The translations under genes and the position numbers were made by a program. The notes under the pieces were generated by a model. That model was not told the origin of the DNA. It did not search any database and saw only the letters and a program-made list of their open reading frames with translations. This document shows, piece by piece, positions 1 to 16,020 of a stretch of 64,000 nucleotides of DNA (position 1 is its first letter; each line of letters starts with the position of its first letter). Source of the stretch: Eledone cirrhosa (lineage: Eukaryota); contig OZ024746.1 of assembly GCA_964016885.1 (NCBI GenBank), positions 76,756,001 through 76,820,000 on the forward strand. The letters run 5' to 3'.

Positions 1-456
1 CTGCACCTTTTTATGCAGCTGTCATCCTTCATACGCATCACATGTCCATACCAGCGTAACCGCCTCTCCTGCACGCAGCATTTGATTCCTCTTATGCTCA
101 GTCTCTCTCTCAATTCATTTATGCTTTGTCGTTCACGTATATTACTGTTACACATCCATCGGAGCATGCAGGCTTCGTTTCTCTCTAATCTACGTAAGTC
201 TTCCACCTTCAGCGCCCAGGTCTCACTACCATGCAACATCGCTGTTCGGATACACGCATCATACAGTCTGCCTTTCATTCTGAGGGAGAAGCCTTTTGCA
301 GCTAGCAGTGGTAGTAGTTCCCTAAACTTCTTCCATCCCGTTCTTACCCTAGTTATTGTACTTTCTGAGCACCCACCTCCGTTGCTAATTCGGTCACCTA
401 GGTAGCAGAAGCTGTCTACTGTTTCTACAGGGCCCTCCCAGAGATTGGTGGTACTT
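1..456 (-). mobile_element. 5'-truncated RTE LINE, family A (continues past window start)
   Basis: Reverse complement of ~13030-13485 of the full-length element; truncated end abuts (TA)n. Confidence 0.93.
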
Positions 457-463
457 ATATATT

Positions 464-512
<49 letters not shown>

Positions 513-739
513 ATATATATATTTATATATATTTATATTTATATATATATATATATATTTATATATTTATATATATATTTATATATATATATATTTATAT
601 ATATATTTATATATATATTTATATATATATATATTTATATATATATTTATATATATTTATATATATATTTATATATATATATATTTATATATATATTTAT
701 ATATATTTATATTTATATATATATATATTTATGTATATT

Positions 740-778
<39 letters not shown>

Positions 779-852
779 ATATTTATATATATTTATATAT
801 ATTTATATATATATATATTTATTTATTTATATATATATATATTTATATATAT
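457..852. repeat. (TA)n/TATTTA microsatellite
   Basis: Low-complexity AT tract. Confidence 0.97.
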
Positions 853-1448
853 AGGGATCAGATGTTGTTTACTCGAGAGAAGGCTACGTTGGTATGGACA
901 CGTGATGCGCATGAAAGTCGATAGCTGTATAACAAAGTGCAGGGCAATAAAGATAGACGGTAGTCACGGAATAGGCAGACCTAGAAAAACCTGGGACGAG
1001 CTGATAAACTCCGACATCACACACTTACACCTCTCCAAGACAATGTCACTGGACCGAGACCTTTGGCGGTACTCAGTAACAGAGAAGACCCGCCTTACCT
1101 AAATATATAGTAAAACCTACTCCAGCCAGTAGGCATCTCTAACAAAATACACCCCGTCCCACCACCACCACCCCCACCCGATCCACACCACCCCGTTCTA
1201 TGTAAAGTTATGTTGGTGCCGCGCCATCGAGGCCGAAACAAATGAGATCGTGTAGGTGTCAAAAAACACACAGTCCACGCTGTAATGTGGCCGTGTAGGC
1301 AACACGGTAAAAACCTCCCAGACCCACACTGTAGAAAACCTGCCTATGCGAGCAAGACAATCACTCTTGCCTCAAGTGGGACTACCCCCGTCCAAACCCA
1401 TGCAAGCGTGGAACACGGACGTTAAACGTTGATGATGATGATGATGAT
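853..1448 (+). mobile_element. RTE LINE family B 3' fragment
   Basis: [20 protein letters not shown]...GRPRKTW C-terminus, 3'UTR matching 9624-10016, (GAT)n tail. Confidence 0.93.
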
Positions 1449-1545
1449 ATATATATTTATATATATATATATTTATATATATATATTTATATATATATTT
1501 ATATATATTTATATATATATATTTATATATATATTTATATATATT

Positions 1546-1576
<31 letters not shown>

Positions 1577-1627
1577 ATTTATATATATATATATTTATAT
1601 ATATATATATTTATATATATATATATT

Positions 1628-1658
<31 letters not shown>

Positions 1659-1790
1659 ATATATTTATATATATTTATATATATATATTTATATATATAT
1701 ATTTATATTTATATATATATATTTATATATATTTATATTTATATATATATATATTTATATATATATATATTTATATATATTTATATATAT
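1449..1790. repeat. (TA)n microsatellite
   Basis: Low-complexity AT tract. Confidence 0.97.
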
Positions 1791-2193
1791 ATCATCATCA
1801 TCATCATCATTTCATTTTACGTCCACTTTTCCCTGCTTGCAAGGGTGGGACGGGAACTGATTCTGGCTTGATTTCTACAGCTGGATGCCCTTCCTAACAC
1901 CAACCTCATTTACAGTGAGTGCTGGGTGCTTTTTTTCCGTGGCGCCTACACGTCCACTTTACAGTGAGTGCTGGGTGCTTTTTTTTTTTGCTGTGGCACC
2001 TCCACGACCGCTTTACAGTGGAATGATATGGATCCCAGTCCCTATAATCTCATTTCTACAGCTGAGTAAACTGGAGCAACATGAAATAAAGTGTCTTGCT
2101 CAAGGAAACAACACATCACCCGGTCTGAGAATTGAACTCACAACCTTTTGATTGCAAGGCCAATGCTCTAACCACTAAGCCATGTGCCTCCAC
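1791..2193 (-). mobile_element. tRNA-derived CORE-type SINE with RTE-derived 3' tail
   Basis: Minus strand: A-box TGGCTTAGTGG and B-box GTTCAATTC; plus-strand AAGTGTCTTGCTCAAGG resembles the MIR/CORE domain; 3' part matches the RTE-A 3'UTR and ends in (GAT)n. Confidence 0.85.
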
Positions 2194-2252
2194 CTATATT
2201 TATATATATTTATATATATATATATTTATATATATTTATATATATATATATT

Positions 2253-2285
<33 letters not shown>

Positions 2286-2370
2286 ATTTATATATTTATA
2301 TATATTTATATATTTATATATATTTATATATATATATATTTATATATATTTATATATATATATTTATATT

Positions 2371-2405
<35 letters not shown>

Positions 2406-2420
2406 TTATATATATATATT

Positions 2421-2455
<35 letters not shown>

Positions 2456-2482
2456 ATATTTATATATATTTATATATATATA

Positions 2483-2525
<43 letters not shown>

Positions 2526-2526
2526 T

Positions 2527-2557
<31 letters not shown>

Positions 2558-3147
2558 TTATATATATATTTATATATATTTATATATATTATATTATATT
2601 TATATATTATATTTATATATTATATTTATATATTATATTTATATATTATATTTATATATTATATTTATATATTATATTTATATATTATATTTATATATTA
2701 TATTTATATATTATATTTATATATTATATTTATATATTATATTTATATATTATATTTATATATTATATATTTATATATTATATATTTATATATTATATAT
2801 TTATATATTATATATTTATATATTATATATTTATATATTATATATTTATATATTATATATTTATATATTATATATTTATATATTATATATTTATATATTA
2901 TATATTTATATATTATATATTTATATATTATATATTTATATATTATATATTTATATATTATATATTTATATATTATATATTTATATATTATATATTTATA
3001 TATTATATATTTATATATTATATATTTATATATATTATATATATATATATTTATATATATATATATTTATATATATATATATTTATATATATATATATTT
3101 ATATATATATATATTTATATATATTTATTTATTTATATATATATATT

Positions 3148-3212
<65 letters not shown>

Positions 3213-3229
3213 ATTTATATATATATATT

Positions 3230-3260
<31 letters not shown>

Positions 3261-3350
3261 ATTTATATATATATATTTATATATATATATATTTATTTAT
3301 ATATATATATTTATTTATATATATATATTTATATATATATTATTATATAT
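2194..3350. repeat. Compound AT microsatellite with internal 13-bp and 15-bp periodic blocks
   Basis: (TATTATATTTATA)n then (TATTATATATTTATA)n within (TA)n. Confidence 0.95.
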
Positions 3351-3579
3351 AGTAATAATAAATTTGAAGACTAAAATCCAAAGAGGGCTCAATTAGGATA
3401 AATATATAAGAACCGGAGAGCAAATATTTATTAAAATAACAGATTAAAGTTTAAGCAAAGAATTGCCGCTTTCACCCTTAACAGGATCTTCTGAAACTAA
3501 CGGTCAATCTGTAAACGCAGAAGTGGATATTTCAAAAAACGTTGCAACCGGAGGAAGACGATACTTTGGTTCTTGGAAA

Positions 3580-3850
3580 CGTTCGCTGGCAAAGAACGGG
3601 AAAAAAACGATAATAATACGTCATTAATAGGAGCGGTGAAAAACAATTACGCGCAAAGACAGAACCACGTTTGTCGTATAAAAGAGGTCGTAGACTAATG
3701 TTCTCTTAGGTGGTTCATAGACGTTCTCTGGCAATGAACGAAAAAAACGAAGATAATACGTCATATGTGGAGCGTGGAGAACAATAGCACGCAAAGACAA
3801 AACCACGTAGATGGTATAGCAGAAGTCGTAGACTAAAATTCTAACTAGGA
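3580..3850. repeat. Two diverged ~142-bp tandem units in the Penelope 3' region
   Basis: CGTTC.CTGGCAA.GAACG...ATAATACGTCAT...CGCAAAGACA.AACCACGT...GTCGTAGACTAA occurs twice. Confidence 0.8.
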
Positions 3851-4395
3851 GACCGAATGAATCTCCGCTACAGAGTTAGGAAAAAGTAAATAAATACAAT
3901 ACAGAAGTAATAGAAATAAATAAATACATACACGCAAACAAATACGTACATACGCAAAACACTTCCCATAGGTATACAAAGCCACGCACATATAAAAATG
4001 TGTATGCGTGTACACAAATAAATAAATAATTATATAAATGTATATAAATTAATAAATACGTATATAACAAGCACACGCACATACCTACATGTAAATACAC
4101 GAGTGTTCGGAGACGTAAGTCAACCAAACAAAGTACACAATACGCGCACCCTACATACGTACGGACCTGCATACTCACACAGACGCAAAACTCCCGTATA
4201 CACATAGCCAAACCATATGTACCAGAATATATAGAAATATACGCCATAACGATCAAATATACGTACGAGAAGGTATACGTACCTTCACAAAACATACGGG
4301 TAATAAATACTTACCTGTGCAAATAAGTAATGGTATAAACAAAACATATACTTAGCTCCCACATCAAGATGTAAAATATCCACGTATAGATCGTA

Positions 4396-5321
4396 CTATC
4401 CATTAGGGTATAACGTGGGGCTGTAATACAGGAAAGTTTTGTGCAATTTATGTTTACAAGCCGAAATTGCCTCAGATTTTTTGTTTAAGATGTGGTCTGT
4501 GGCGTAGAGTATTTCCAGGGCCTCAGTGGTGCAGAGGTCACATGGTCTTTTATTTCCGTTATACAATCTAGCCCTAGCTAGGATCTCCCAGTGTAACTTA
4601 TATTGGGTGTAGTTGTCTTTTAGACTCCAGATATAAGCTGAAAGTGACGTCATATTCCTTCTTAGAGGGTAACGAAAGGAATGGGTATGCATGTAAAGAC
4701 GCTGCTTGAATCTATTGTGGTTAACCCTATGTAGGCCCTACGGGACGTGGGTGTTACAACCTTACATTTGTAGACAATGTTACTAGAGAGGCATTTCACG
4801 GATAAGGGGCAATCAACCCGATTCCTACAATTACAGTTAGTACTAACTACAGGGTTGCACGTGTTCCTACGGCTAGGTAGTTTAGCTAAATTTGAAGCTG
4901 TGATGTTATGTGCAAGGTTAGGAGTCGTAGAGTAAGAAATTTTAATAGTATTTCTATTAAAAATTTTACTATATTTATGTGTAGGCGGAAAATGCTTCGT
5001 CATAAGGGAAAGAAAGATCTTAGCTAATGGTGTGGCCACCTCCATATTATATGGTGGGTTATACCAACAAATGCGACGGGATCTATTTCTTCTAGGTCTA
5101 TTTTCGTACTCTGTATATGCTACCTTATCGACAAATACACTTCGAGCAAGAGCTTCATTGTAATAAGTGGAATGGTCGTTGAAAATACGCCCGTTGGTGG
5201 AAAGACGGGAAAGCCTCAACGAAACGTTTCTTACCAGGTTCTTCGTTATGCTGGCAGGATGGTTGGAATGCTTACTTATGTAATTAAGCGTATCATTCGG
5301 CTTTCTATACGGATAATACAA
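4396..5321 (-). pseudogene. Penelope RT thumb/linker + GIY-YIG endonuclease, frameshifted near 4715
   Basis: YRKP..SNHP, WYNPPY, CNCRNRVDCPL, IVYKC...AYIGLT, then in the next frame FKQRLYMH...CDLCTTE...LNKKSE...CKH. Confidence 0.9.
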
Positions 5322-5405
5322 CCCATTGTTAGTTTCAGAAGATCCCGTTAAGGGTGAAAGCAGCGATTCTTTGCTTAAACTTTAATCTGTTATTTTAATA
5401 AATAT

Positions 5406-6088
5406 ATATAATACATATATAATATATATATAATACATATATAAAATATATATAATACATAATTAAAATATATAAAATACATATATAAAATATATAAAAT
5501 ACATATTATATATATATATATATATGTATTTTATATATTTTATATATGTATTTTATATATTTTAATTATGTATTATATATATTTTATATATGTATTATAT
5601 ATATATTATATATGTATTATATATATATTATATATGTATTATATATATATTATATATGTATATATATTATATATGTATATATATATATTATATATATATT
5701 ATATATATATATATATATATTATATTATATATATATATATTATATTATATATATATATATTATATATATATATATTATATTATATATATTATATTATATA
5801 TATATATATTATATTATATGTATATATTATATATTATATTATATTTATATATTATATTTATATATTATATATTATATTTATATATATTATATATTATATT
5901 TATATATATTATATATATTTTATATATATTATATATATTATATATATATATATTATATATATATATATATTATATTATATATATATATATTATATTATAT
6001 ATATATATATATTATATTATATATATATATTATATTATATATATATATATATTATATTATATATATATATATATTATATATATATATA
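5406..6088. repeat. AT microsatellite
   Basis: Low-complexity AT tract. Confidence 0.95.
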
Positions 6089-10016
<3,928 letters not shown>

Positions 10017-10034
10017 TATACATATATAATATTT

Positions 10035-13000
10035 CAGAGGTATATATATATAATGTATCACTAGAGCTGACTCCGATTATTCCAGCCATCCATCTAATCT
10101 ACGAAGGTATTTTAGCCTACATATTGTCGTTAATATTATGATGTTCCCTGCTGTATTAGCGTTAAATTTTCCCTGCTGTATTAGCGATAAATTTTCTAGG
10201 GTTTCTCTTAGTAGTTTTTTTCATGACGTTATTATTGTTAATTTTACTGATGTAGTATTAACTTGGATATTTACCATGCGACCCTCAGTTCCTACCTCAC
10301 AATTTCCCTCCCCCCCACCCCCACACACCACCATAGTCTATTCGACCAATCAAACCTAGCATGCCATTTCCACTGCTGCTGCTACTACCTGCCTAACTAA
10401 CTCTCTCCTCCTCTGGCGCATCCCAACACACCCTGCCATTACCCCACCACCACTGTTCTTCTAGCCCTCAATTTTCCCACCGTTATGGATGGATGAGCTG
10501 GGAATACACGAGCAACTCTGAATCAATAGATGAAATATGAATCTGCGAGCTACCAAGCACCCACGTGAAGCGCCAACCCAGAGACCCTCCCCTACGAGTG
10601 TCGACAAATGCCCAAAACTCCGAGTTGGTACCATCAATGTAGGCTCAATGAAAGGAAGAGCAGGAGAAATCGTAGAAATGCTAGAGCGAAAGGAAGTTGA
10701 TGTATGCTGTGTGCAAGAGACTAGATGGAGAGGAGGGTCTGCTAGAGTCCTTGTAGGAAAAAGCCAGTGCTACAAATTTTTCTGGGTGGGAAATGACGAT
10801 GGGATGGGTGGTGTAGGTATACTATTAGCTGACAAGTGGGTAGATAAAGTAATCTCAGTGTACAGGGTAAATGCAAGAATCATTAAACTTAGACTAGTCC
10901 TGAATAAGACAATTACCACAATAATATCAGCTTACGCACCCCAATCGGGGCTGCCAGACGAACTTAAGGATAGGTTTTACGAGTCCCTAATACACACTAC
11001 TGCTCTAACAGACGACAAGGACTTCCTAATCATTGCAGGATATTTTAACGGACACGTAGGTAAACACTGCGACGGCTTCAATAGAGTACATGGAGGCCAT
11101 GGAGTTGGCACAAGGAATGAGGAAGGATTCAGACTTCTAGAATTCTGCGACGCCAATGACATGTCGATATGTAACACAAACTTTAAAAAACCCGACAACC
11201 ACCTGATCACCTATAGATCAGGGGAGCACTCTAGTCAGTTAGATTTTATCCTCATCAGAGGACGTGACAGATGGACGGTCGTAAACACAAAAGCCTTCCC
11301 TAGTGAGGAATGTACATCCCAACATAGCTTAGTTGTCAGCGACCTCACGGTCAGAACTAGACGAGCCCTGAAACAGAGGCCAACCTGGAGAAGAAAGATC
11401 TGGAAGCTGAAAGTCCCCTCAACCAGTAACAGATTTAAAGATATTTTACTCAACGCCTACGACAGTAAAGAAGAACAGATAGAGACATTTAACGTAGAAG
11501 AGAACTGGGAGTTCCTAAAAAATAACTTACTAGAGGCGACGGATGAGGTTTGTGGCTGGAGTAAGACCTCAAGCAGGAGGAGAGTGACTTGGTGGTGGAA
11601 CAATAAGGTAGATGAAGCAGTCAAGGCCAAGAGACAGGCATGGAAAGAATGGAAGAACGGGGGGAGCAGGGTACATTACATAGAGACCAAGAGGGAAGCT
11701 AGGCGACAAGTATACTTAGCTAGGAGGGAAGCAGAGGATAGAAAATTCAAGCATGTTTTACAACGTGAGGACCAGAAACAGGAGGTATTCAAGATTGCGA
11801 GGCAGTGTGTCAGAGATAGTTGTGATGTCATTGGAGAGAAGTGTATCCGGAATGATAAAGGTGAGCTTGCCCTCACAAGTGCTGAGAAGAAAGATGCATG
11901 GAAGAGTCATTATGATAGATTACTAAATGAGGAGAATGCATGGGAAGAAGAGACCCTACCCCACGTAGACCCTATAGAGGGACCAGCAGTACAAGTCAGC
12001 GGCAGCGTAGTAAGTAAGGCAATCAGAGATATGAAGATAGGGAAGGCAACCGGTCCATCGGGTATAGCTGCCGAGATGCTGAAGGCATCTGGGTCTGTAG
12101 GTCACACTATAACCACACGTATCGTTAACCAGGTAATACTAGAGGGGGCCATACCAAAAGATTGGTGCAGTAGCATCATTGTCAACTGCTACAAAGGTAA
12201 AGGCGATGCACTAGATAGAGGAAACTATAGAGGTATAAAGTTGATGGACCAGGTCATGAAAGTAACAGAAAGAGTTATAGCACAGCTGATTAGGGACCGG
12301 GTGAATATAGACGAGATGCAATTTGGGTTTGTACCAGGGAAAGGCACCACTGATGCCCTCTTCCTTGTGAGGCAATTACAGGAAAAGTACCTAGCTAAAA
12401 GTAAGCCACTCTACTTGGCATTTGTCGACCTTGAGAAAGCCTTTGACAGAGTTCCACGTGCAGTAATCTGGTGGGCTCTTAGAAAACTAGGAGTAGATGA
12501 ATGGCTTGTGAAAGCGGTACAAGCCATGTATAGGGGAGCAGTCAGCAAAGTTAGGATTGGCAATGAGTATAGCGAGGAATTTAGCGTACAGGTTGGGGTC
12601 CACCAGGGCTCTGTTCTTAGCCCTCTCCTGTTCATCATAGTCCTGCAGGCAATAACGGAGGAGTTTAAGACCGGATGCCCATGGGAACTCCTGTATGCTG
12701 ATGACCTCGCACTCATAGCTGAATCTATGGTAGAACTAGAGAATAAATTCCAAACCTGGAAGCAGGGACTAGAGAGAAAGGGCCTCAAAGTCAACATGAC
12801 AAAGACTAAGGTCCTTGTAAGTAGACGAGAAAACAGAACCCAGATCCCCTCAGGGAAATGGCCTTGCTCAGTATGTAGGAAAGGTGTAGGTAGAAACTCC
12901 ATTCTCTGCCCCAAATGCAAACAATGGGTACACAAGAGATGTAGCGGGATCTCAGGAAGCTTAATTAAGAATGTAGGATTCACATGCAGCAGCTGTGCTG

Positions 13001-13965
13001 AAACAGCAAGCAAACAGCCACAGGAAACAAGTACCACCAATCTCTGGGAGGGCCCTGTAGAAACAGTAGACAGCTTCTGCTACCTAGGTGACCGAATTAG
13101 CAACGGAGGTGGGTGCTCAGAAAGTACAATAACTAGGGTAAGAACGGGATGGAAGAAGTTTAGGGAACTACTACCACTGCTAGCTGCAAAAGGCTTCTCC
13201 CTCAGAATGAAAGGCAGACTGTATGATGCGTGTATCCGAACAGCGATGTTGCATGGTAGTGAGACCTGGGCGCTGAAGGTGGAAGACTTACGTAGATTAG
13301 AGAGAAACGAAGCCTGCATGCTCCGATGGATGTGTAACAGTAATATACGTGAACGACAAAGCATAAAGGAATTGAGAGAGAGACTGAGCATAAGAGGAAT
13401 CAAATGCTGCGTGCAGGAGAGGCGGTTACGCTGGTATGGACATGTGATGCGTATGAAGGATGACAGCTGCATAAAAAGGTGCAGAGCACTAGAAGTTGAT
13501 GGAAACCGCGGAGTGGGGAGACCCAAGATGACTTGGGATGAGGTGATAAAAGCCGACCTTACCCAACTACACCTCTCAAAGTCAATGACACACGACCGTG
13601 ACTTCTGGCGTCACGCAGTAATACAGGGTACCCGACCTCCCATGGGTACATGCTGAAGCATATAAACAATATGCCCCCCCCCCCCCCCCCCTCCACCGCA
13701 AGGTGGCCGTGGAGGTGCCACGGCAAAAAAGCACCCAGCCCACACTGTAAAGTGGACGTGTAGGCGCCACGAAAAAGCACCCAGCACTCACTGTAAATGA
13801 GGTTGGTGTTAGGAAGGGCATCCAGCTGTAGAAATCAAGCCAGATCAGTTCCTGTATGAGCAAGGCATGGTCAGCCGACCAGACACTGCCCACAACAGGA
13901 CAACCCGTCTAACCCATGCTAGCGTGGAAGAACGGACGTAAAACGGTGATGATGATGATGATGAT
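10035..13965 (+). mobile_element. Apparently full-length RTE LINE family A (5' boundary approximate)
   Basis: ~500-bp leader, single long ORF, 3'UTR with poly-C, (GAT)n tail; AT tracts either side. Confidence 0.92.
10537..13656 (+). CDS. RTE-clade APE endonuclease-reverse transcriptase with PHD-like insertion (1039 aa)
   Basis: APE motifs GTINV, VQETRW, SAYAP, G(Y)FN, LDFIL, SQH; RT motifs QFGF, DLEKAFD, QGSVLSP, YADD; C-terminal [12 protein letters not shown]. Confidence 0.96.
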   Translation: MNLRATKHPREAPTQRPSPTSVDKCPKLRVGTINVGSMKGRAGEIVEMLERKEVDVCCVQETRWRGGSARVLVGKSQCYKFFWVGNDDGMGGVGILLADKWVDKVISVYRVNARIIKLRLVLNKTITTIISAYAPQSGLPDELKDRFYESLIHTTALTDDKDFLIIAGYFNGHVGKHCDGFNRVHGGHGVGTRNEEGFRLLEFCDANDMSICNTNFKKPDNHLITYRSGEHSSQLDFILIRGRDRWTVVNTKAFPSEECTSQHSLVVSDLTVRTRRALKQRPTWRRKIWKLKVPSTSNRFKDILLNAYDSKEEQIETFNVEENWEFLKNNLLEATDEVCGWSKTSSRRRVTWWWNNKVDEAVKAKRQAWKEWKNGGSRVHYIETKREARRQVYLARREAEDRKFKHVLQREDQKQEVFKIARQCVRDSCDVIGEKCIRNDKGELALTSAEKKDAWKSHYDRLLNEENAWEEETLPHVDPIEGPAVQVSGSVVSKAIRDMKIGKATGPSGIAAEMLKASGSVGHTITTRIVNQVILEGAIPKDWCSSIIVNCYKGKGDALDRGNYRGIKLMDQVMKVTERVIAQLIRDRVNIDEMQFGFVPGKGTTDALFLVRQLQEKYLAKSKPLYLAFVDLEKAFDRVPRAVIWWALRKLGVDEWLVKAVQAMYRGAVSKVRIGNEYSEEFSVQVGVHQGSVLSPLLFIIVLQAITEEFKTGCPWELLYADDLALIAESMVELENKFQTWKQGLERKGLKVNMTKTKVLVSRRENRTQIPSGKWPCSVCRKGVGRNSILCPKCKQWVHKRCSGISGSLIKNVGFTCSSCAETASKQPQETSTTNLWEGPVETVDSFCYLGDRISNGGGCSESTITRVRTGWKKFRELLPLLAAKGFSLRMKGRLYDACIRTAMLHGSETWALKVEDLRRLERNEACMLRWMCNSNIRERQSIKELRERLSIRGIKCCVQERRLRWYGHVMRMKDDSCIKRCRALEVDGNRGVGRPKMTWDEVIKADLTQLHLSKSMTHDRDFWRHAVIQGTRPPMGTC

Positions 13966-14052
13966 ATACATATATAATATATATAATATATATATATATA
14001 TAATATATATAATATATATATATATATATAATATATATAATATATATATATA

Positions 14053-14407
14053 ATCATCATCATCATCATCATCAGGTTTAGCGTCCGTGTTCCACGCTTG
14101 CATGGGTTTGGACGGGGGTTTTCCCACTTGAGGCAAGAGTGGTTGTCTATCTCTCATATGACTGTCTGGCGGGTTTTCTACAGTTGGATGCCCTTCCTAA
14201 CACCAACCACATTTACAGTGTGGGGCTGGGAGGTTTTTACCGTGTTGCCTACACGGCCACATTTACAGCGTGGACTGTGTGTTTTTTTTTGTCGTGACAC
14301 CTACACGATCTCATTTGTTTCGGCCTGGATGTTGTGGGACCAACATAACTTTACATTGAAAGGGGCGGTGTGGATGGGGTGGAGGTGGTGGGACGGGGTG
14401 TGTTTTG
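14053..14407 (-). mobile_element. RTE family B 3'UTR-only copy
   Basis: Reverse complement of ~9665-10016, starts with (CAT)n. Confidence 0.9.
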
Positions 14408-14505
14408 ATAATATATATATATAATATATTTATATAATATAATATATATATATAATATATTTATATAATATAATATATATAAAATATATATATATATAAT
14501 ATATA

Positions 14506-14551
<46 letters not shown>

Positions 14552-14663
14552 TATATTATATATAAAATATAGATATATAATATATATATATATATAATAT
14601 ATATATATATACTATATATATATATATATAATATATATATATATATAATATATATATATATAC

Positions 14664-14694
<31 letters not shown>

Positions 14695-15348
14695 TATATA
14701 TATAATATATATATATAATATATATATATATACTATATATATATATATATAATGTATATATATATATATATATTTAATATATATATATATATATATAATA
14801 TATATATATAATATATATATATAATATATTATATATATAATATATATAATATATATATAATATATATTATATATATAATATATATCTATATAATATATAT
14901 TATATATATATATATAATATATATATATATATAATATATAATATATATATATATAATATACATCTATATCTAAGGCGGGTAAAATTCCCGAGATCCATGG
15001 ACGAGTTCTCTCCAGCGGTCTCTATACATTATATATATATTATATATATTACATATATATTATATATATTACAAATATATTATATATTATATTAAATATA
15101 TTATATATATATATATATATATTATATTATATATATTATATATATATATATATTATTATCAATTATATATATTATCAGTTATATATATTATTATCAGTTC
15201 CTGGATAAGCAAGGCATGGTCAGCCGACCAGACACTGCCCACAACAGGACAACCCGTCTAACCCATGCTAGCGTGGAAGAACGGACGTAAAACGGTGATG
15301 ATGATGATGATGATTATATATATATATATTATATTATATATATTATAT

Positions 15349-15393
<45 letters not shown>

Positions 15394-15720
15394 ATTATAT
15401 ATATTATATATTATATATATATATATTATATATATATATTATATATATATATTATATATATATATACTATATCTATATATTATATTTATATTATATATAT
15501 ATATATTATATTTATATTATATTATATATTATATTTATATTATATATATATATTATATTATATATTATATTTATATTATATATATATATATATTATATTT
15601 ATATTATATATATATTATATTTATATTATATATATATATTATATATATATTATATTTATATTATATATATATATTATATTTATATTATATATATATATAT
15701 ATTATATTTATATATATATA
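14408..15720. repeat. AT microsatellite containing short inserts (14950-15025; RTE-A 3' end at 15195-15313)
   Basis: Low-complexity tract; 15195-15313 matches 13845-13965. Confidence 0.88.
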
Positions 15721-15900
15721 ATTGTTTCTACTTTTGGCACAAGGCCAGCAATTAACCCAGTGTATTACTGGTACTTTATTTTATCGACCCCGAAAGGATG
15801 AAAGGCAAAGTTAACCTCGGCGGGATTTGAACTCAGAATGGCAAGGACCGTAACTCTATGCGTCAAAGCATGGCGTCCGACCCTCTACTGGTACTGCCAA
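15721..15900 (-). mobile_element. tRNA-derived SINE, second family (Nin/Deu-like central domain)
   Basis: Minus strand B-box GAGTTCAAATCC then GCCTTTCATCCTTTCGGGGTCGATAAAATAAAGTACCAG; related copy at 39960-40140. Confidence 0.75.
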
Positions 15901-16020
15901 TATATATATATATATATAATATAAATATAATTTATATATATATATAATATAAATATAATATATATATATATATAATATAAATATAATTTATATATATATA
16001 ATATAAATATAATATATATA

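Larger units (their letters stand above)
3351..5405 (-). mobile_element. 5'-truncated Penelope-like retroelement with inverted partial terminal repeat
   Basis: RT C-terminus plus GIY-YIG coding; 78-bp inverted repeat 3424-3501/5328-5405 with 3 mismatches; (TA)n on both sides. Confidence 0.9.

Noticed and set aside
2120-2193. tRNA gene
   Set aside because: tRNA-like head continues into SINE core and LINE tail, and several diverged copies are present
4662-4720. Programmed frameshift between the two Penelope ORFs
   Set aside because: Penelope elements use one ORF; the break is inside the GIY-YIG domain with no slippery site, so decay is more likely
12411-13526. Antisense ORFs over the RTE (209 aa, 148 aa and copies)
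   Set aside because: Shadow frames of the RT coding strand with no recognisable domain
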